Assembly (NCBI RefSeq): GCF_018977255.1
Contig: NW_024704742.1
Span: forward strand, 5,458,001 to 5,522,000
Reading direction: 5' to 3'
Source: Callorhinchus milii
Lineage: Eukaryota
Length of the DNA stretch: 64,000 nucleotides
This document shows positions 59,486 through 64,000 of the stretch, piece after piece; the first letter of the stretch is position 1, and the number at the start of each line of letters is the position of its first letter. The translations under genes and the position numbers were made by a program. The notes beneath the pieces were generated by a model. The model did not search any database, was not told the origin of the DNA, and was given only the letters and a program-made list of their open reading frames with translations.

Positions 59486-61880
59486 ATTCTATGATTTGGT
59501 GGATAATATATCAATGTATATATATATTGTCCCACATATAGCATTGGTTTTGCGCTAAATTACCATATTTCTATCACATGCTAATCTCTAACACTAGTGA
59601 TCAGTCATTGTATTTGGGATTTTCCATTACAAAAGGCTACAAGAGTATTGGTAGTGTTAAGAGATTACTGAATGATAGACACCCGTACGTAAGTGCCAAA
59701 GGGTAATATGACCTATGTTAATCATGATTTATATTATTTCCTCAAAGCTCCTTTGAACTCCTTTAAAAAAAAATCTGAGAAAAAAACGCCTTTTCTTTTC
59801 AAAGATAATAGATGTCTCAATATTATCAGGTTGCAAAATTCTTTGTGGAGAATAAATTTTCTGAAGTCTTTCGTGCAACTAACTATGTAGGAAGCACCAA
59901 GGTCACACTGACAGCGAGGAATTCTCAGATGTGTCCATTAAGAAAAACAAAGAACACATTGACTCCCAGCGACTGAAGTAAACCCCTCACTCCTGGTGCT
60001 TCTCTCAAACGTTTGAGCAAAATATACCATATCTTAAATCAGGAGACACGTTTTATTCACAAATTGGGGAAATGGAAAACAATTCCTTGGTGGCATTTCG
60101 GACCCTTTCAGTCTAATTCTTTGCCAGCCATGATTACGAGCCACGCAATTTCTTCCCCGCTCTCTCTGGAGCTCTCTACACACGTCAGTGTTGCCAGCAA
60201 TTCTTTTAGTCCCATTTATAATAGCAGCAGCAAAAAATTGCATTTGTACAGCGCCTTTCACATCAGGAGGACGTCCCAAGGCGCTGGACAGTCAGGGTTG
60301 CGCACCCGATCCGGTGGTTGGGAATCAGGAGGGGTGGAGGGCAGGAGAGGGGTAGGAGAGTGACCAAAGGCACGGTCAAAGAGGAGGGTCTTGGGAACGG
60401 GTGGCTTTTTTGCCAAACCCCCGCAAATTGCTCCTTGGTAGAGTTCTATATAGTTATTATTTTAAATCGATGCCCTCATAGTAACCGGCTCGCCGGCAAG
60501 TGGAAGTAATTTCTCCCTTTCAATTCTGTCAAAAAACCCTCATAATTTTGCCGAGCTCCTGAACTGTTTGTGGTGGTTATAAGAACAAATTAAACTTTGG
60601 GGTGTGGGTGGGTCGGTGGGTGGGTGGGTGGGTGACTGCATTGTTATAAGATGGCAATTATTGCTTGAAATGAGGGGCGGGGAGAATCTCTTGCAGAGTT
60701 GGATATTTATGTCTCTGAGATAATGCAGTACCTAAGTCCTCGAGAGAACAGTAGGATCACTAAGATAAACGTCTTACCTATGTTAAGACGTTGGAACTAA
60801 TTTAGAATTGCGCGTTTTGGAAGGCCTCGCCCCCTTCTTTGCCTCCTTCAAGGCCCCGTCTCAAGACCTTCCTCGTTGACTGTTCCTTCGGTCATCCTGT
60901 CACCTCCAGCCCCCTTTGCCCTCCACCCCTCTTGATCCCAACCCCCCCAGCTTGGGAACAAACCTTTCACTGTGCCAGTATCTCGGGGCATCCTCCTAAC
61001 GGGAACAGCACGATATGAATGCGACTTGTTGTTGTTGCAACGGCATGATGTGATAATTTGGCAGGCATCTCAAATCGACCAGAGATTTTGCGGTGAAATC
61101 CTTTCCTGTTGAGAATATGCCGTCTGGTTCATTGTCAGGAGCTGATCTGTAATGCAATTCATAATTACAAGGGCTCATAGGAAGGCTTACAGCGGCAACA
61201 AAACACCACTGTCTGAACACCCGTCTGGCTTTCTGCGTCGCTCTCACTGATAAGGCTTCCATCACCCAGATTGATATAGACATTCGTGGATGGCTGATGC
61301 TCCTCAATAGCTCTCTGAAGGCATCCTGAAAGTAGCCCATGGTGAGGACTTGTGGGATTGCAGTACAGTATTTGGCAAGAGGACCTTCCAATCCCCCCCC
61401 ACCCCACCCCGCCCGTGTGAGAAACGTAATGTCTGTAGTCAATAAATAAAACACTAGCGCCAAGGAGGTTGGCTGAGGTCAATAAAATATTAAACGCAGT
61501 AGACAGGGGAATCTTGCAATAGTACGAGGGACACACAAAATCTACAATCAATTCACTTTATAGTATATTCTTTGAAGCGCTTTGAGACGGCTCGAAGACG
61601 TGATACGCCGCTATATCGAATGCAAGGATTATTATTATTATCAATCTAAAATAGTGACAAATAGCTTTCAAAACGAATGTTAGGGGAATTTTCTTTTAAA
61701 CTCGCTGAACGATTTTCAGGTGAGTGGAGATATATATATATATATATTCGTATATTGATTTGTATATATATATATATATATATACGAATCAAGCTTGATT
61801 CAAGGGGAAGGGGACGTGGCGGCTCTTAACCAGGCTCCATTTAAAAAAAATTGTTAAACGGAACATATATTCATTGCCTA

Positions 61881-62135
61881 TAATAATAATAATAATAATA
61901 ATAATCCTCGCACTTGACACAGCGCCTTATCGCGTCTTCCAAGACGTCTCAAAGCGCTTCACGGAATACGCTGCAAAGGGGATTGAGCGTATTTTGTGGG
62001 CGAAACGCGGCAGCCAATGGCGCACAGCGGTGTCCCCACAAACAGTCGTGGATTATTATTGGGTTTTTTTTTTGTAGGGGATTAGTTACCCCCAGAAACG
62101 CGATCCGCCAATCGACTCCCGACCGGGTTCCTCCG
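61881..62135 (-). mobile_element. SINE, older subfamily, CpG-rich copy
   Basis: Tail, Deu core and long middle; CpGs are retained near the island. Confidence 0.85.
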
Positions 62136-62523
62136 AGCCCTTACTGTCCCGGCTCCGGCAATACACCAACCCCCTCCCCTGGAGTGTTGCCTTATTATCC
62201 CGGTACGGGATGCAATAAACATGGAGGGTGGGGGTGGGGGGTGGGGGGGGGCAGTGGGTGAGTATCTCCGCGCACTTTTACTTTGACGGAGGGACCGAGG
62301 GTTCCCCACCTCGGGGTTCTGCCGCCCTTTTCGGGGCTCAGTAACAAAGTGGGTCTTGTATCTCCCCCCTCCCCCCCCCCCCGCCCCCCCCCCCCCTTTT
62401 ATGGGGGAGTACGGACAGGATTGGAACTCCAGCCCACAGTCCGTTCGTCTCGTCCCCTCCCTCGGCCTCCTCCAGAGCACATCTCGAGACCCTCCTCTTT
62501 GACCGCGCCTTCGGCCACCCGCC

Positions 62524-62618
62524 AGACACACACACACAGGCACACACACACACACACACATACACACAGGCACACACACACACATACACACACATACACA
62601 CACACACATACACACAGG

Positions 62619-62649
<31 letters not shown>

Positions 62650-62720
62650 ATACACACACACACACATACACACACACACACAGGCACACACACACACACA
62701 CACACAGGTACACACACACA
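62524..62720. repeat. (CA)n compound microsatellite
   Basis: Direct inspection. Confidence 0.95.
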
Positions 62721-62774
62721 AGCCCCGCCCCACGCGGCACCCAAATAAGGCAGTGAGGAGGAGGCGGGGATCAG

Positions 62775-63073
62775 GGGGCGTGGCCCGGGAGGGGCGTGGC
62801 CCGGGGAGGGGGCGTGGCCCGGGGAGGGGGCGGGGCCCGGGGGGCGGGGCCCGGGGAGGGGGCGGGGCCCGGGGAGGGCGGGCCCGGGAGGGGGCGGGGC
62901 CCGGGGGAGGGGGCGGGCCCGGGGGAGGGCCCGGGGAGGGGCGGGGCGGGCCGGGGGGGGGCGGGGCCCGGGGGAGGGGGGCGGGGCCCGGGGAGGGGGC
63001 GGGCCCGGGGAGGGCCGCGGTATTAAGTAGCGGCGGCGGCGCCATTGTTCAGAGTGTCGGAGCCCACAAACAG
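62775..63073 (+). promoter_or_regulatory. CpG promoter and short non-coding first exon of an unidentified downstream gene
   Basis: About 14 tandem GC-box units, TATTAA at 63021, Inr-like TTCAGAG with A at 63051 (30 bp spacing), and donor CAG|gtactg at 63074. Confidence 0.65.
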
Positions 63074-63109
63074 GTACTGTACAGCGGGAGGGGGTCCGCA
63101 CCCCAGTCA

Positions 63110-64000
63110 CTGCCCCCCGCACCCCCACCCCCCCCCGCACCCCCCCCACACACACCCCCACACCACCCCCACACCCCGCAAAACCCCGCACCCCCCCCCA
63201 CCCCCCCACACACACCACCCCGCACCCCCCACACCCCGCAAACCCCGCTCCCCCACACACCCCCCACACCCCGCACCCCCCAACACCCCCCACACCCACA
63301 CCCCCCACACACCCCCACACCCCGCACTCCCCCCCCCCCCACACACACCCCCACAACAAACCCCCTATACCCCCCGCACACCCCCCCACAGACCCCCATA
63401 CCCCCCCCACCGTGTGTGTGTGATTGTGTGTGAGTTTGTGATTGTGTGTGTGATTGTGTGTGAGTGTGATTGATTTTTTGTGTGTGTGAGTGTGTGTGAG
63501 TGTGAGTTTGTGATTGTGTGTGTGATTGTGTGAGTGTGTGTGTGTGATTGTGTGTGTGTGTGTGATTGATTGTGTGAGAGTGTGTGTGTGTGATTGTGTG
63601 TGAGTGATTGTGTGTGTGTGATTGTGTGTGTGTGATTGTGTGTGTGTGATTGTGTGTGTGTGAGTGTGTGTGAGTGTGTGTGTATGTGATTGTGTGAGTG
63701 TGTGTGATTGTGTGTGTGTGTGATTGTGTGTGTGATTGATTGTGTGAGAGTGTGTGTGTGTGATTGTGTGTGTGATTGATTGTGTGATTGTGTGTGTGTG
63801 CGAGTGTGTGTGTGAGTGTGTGTGTGTGTGATTGTGTGTGTGATTGTGTGAGTGTGTGTGATTGTGTGTGTGTGTGATTGTGTGTGTGATTGATTGTGTG
63901 AGAGTGTGTGTGTGTGATTGTGTGTGTGATTGATTGTGTGATTGTGTGTGTGTGCGAGTGTGTGTGTGAGTGTGTGTGTGTGTGATTGTGTGAGTGTGTA
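63110..64000. repeat. C/CA-rich low-complexity tract followed by a (TG)n/TGAT compound satellite
   Basis: Direct inspection; runs to the end of the window. Confidence 0.95.

Noticed and set aside
62082..63473. Long low-complexity ORFs, including MAPPPLLNT on the minus strand
   Set aside because: They run through GC-box and CA repeats with no domain; the TATA/Inr/donor geometry points to the + strand.

Overview
This is vertebrate genomic DNA, very probably from a cartilaginous fish. The evidence is the repeat set: abundant tRNA-Ala-head/Deu-domain/L2-tail SINEs plus L2, CR1 and RTE LINE fragments (a chimaera is plausible but is inference). From 1.4 to 26.5 kb the + strand carries the last 13 coding exons of FRMPD1 (PDZ half, FERM domain, long C-terminal region). 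All are bounded by GT-AG sites with consistent phases. The terminal exon has a reading-frame break at about 24,520. A CpG island at about 34.4-35.9 kb, bracketed by two minisatellites, and a second promoter-like patch at about 44.05-44.27 kb precede the single coding exon of SLC25A51 (mitochondrial NAD+ carrier, 46297-47166, +). A third GC-box/TATA/Inr promoter with a tiny first exon (about 62.8-63.07 kb) points to an unidentified gene beyond the window. I found no evidence for a new multi-gene system. The best leads are: a near-canonical FFAT motif next to a Homer-type ligand in FRMPD1; the FRMPD1 frameshift; four PBX-PREP/MEIS decamers inside a probable mariner relic; promoters built from tandem repeats (21-bp GC-box array, 26-bp CRE half-site minisatellite); an inverted young SINE pair; covarying SINE/L2 tail hairpins; hammerhead-ribozyme vestiges; and an RTEX-like retroelement relic.
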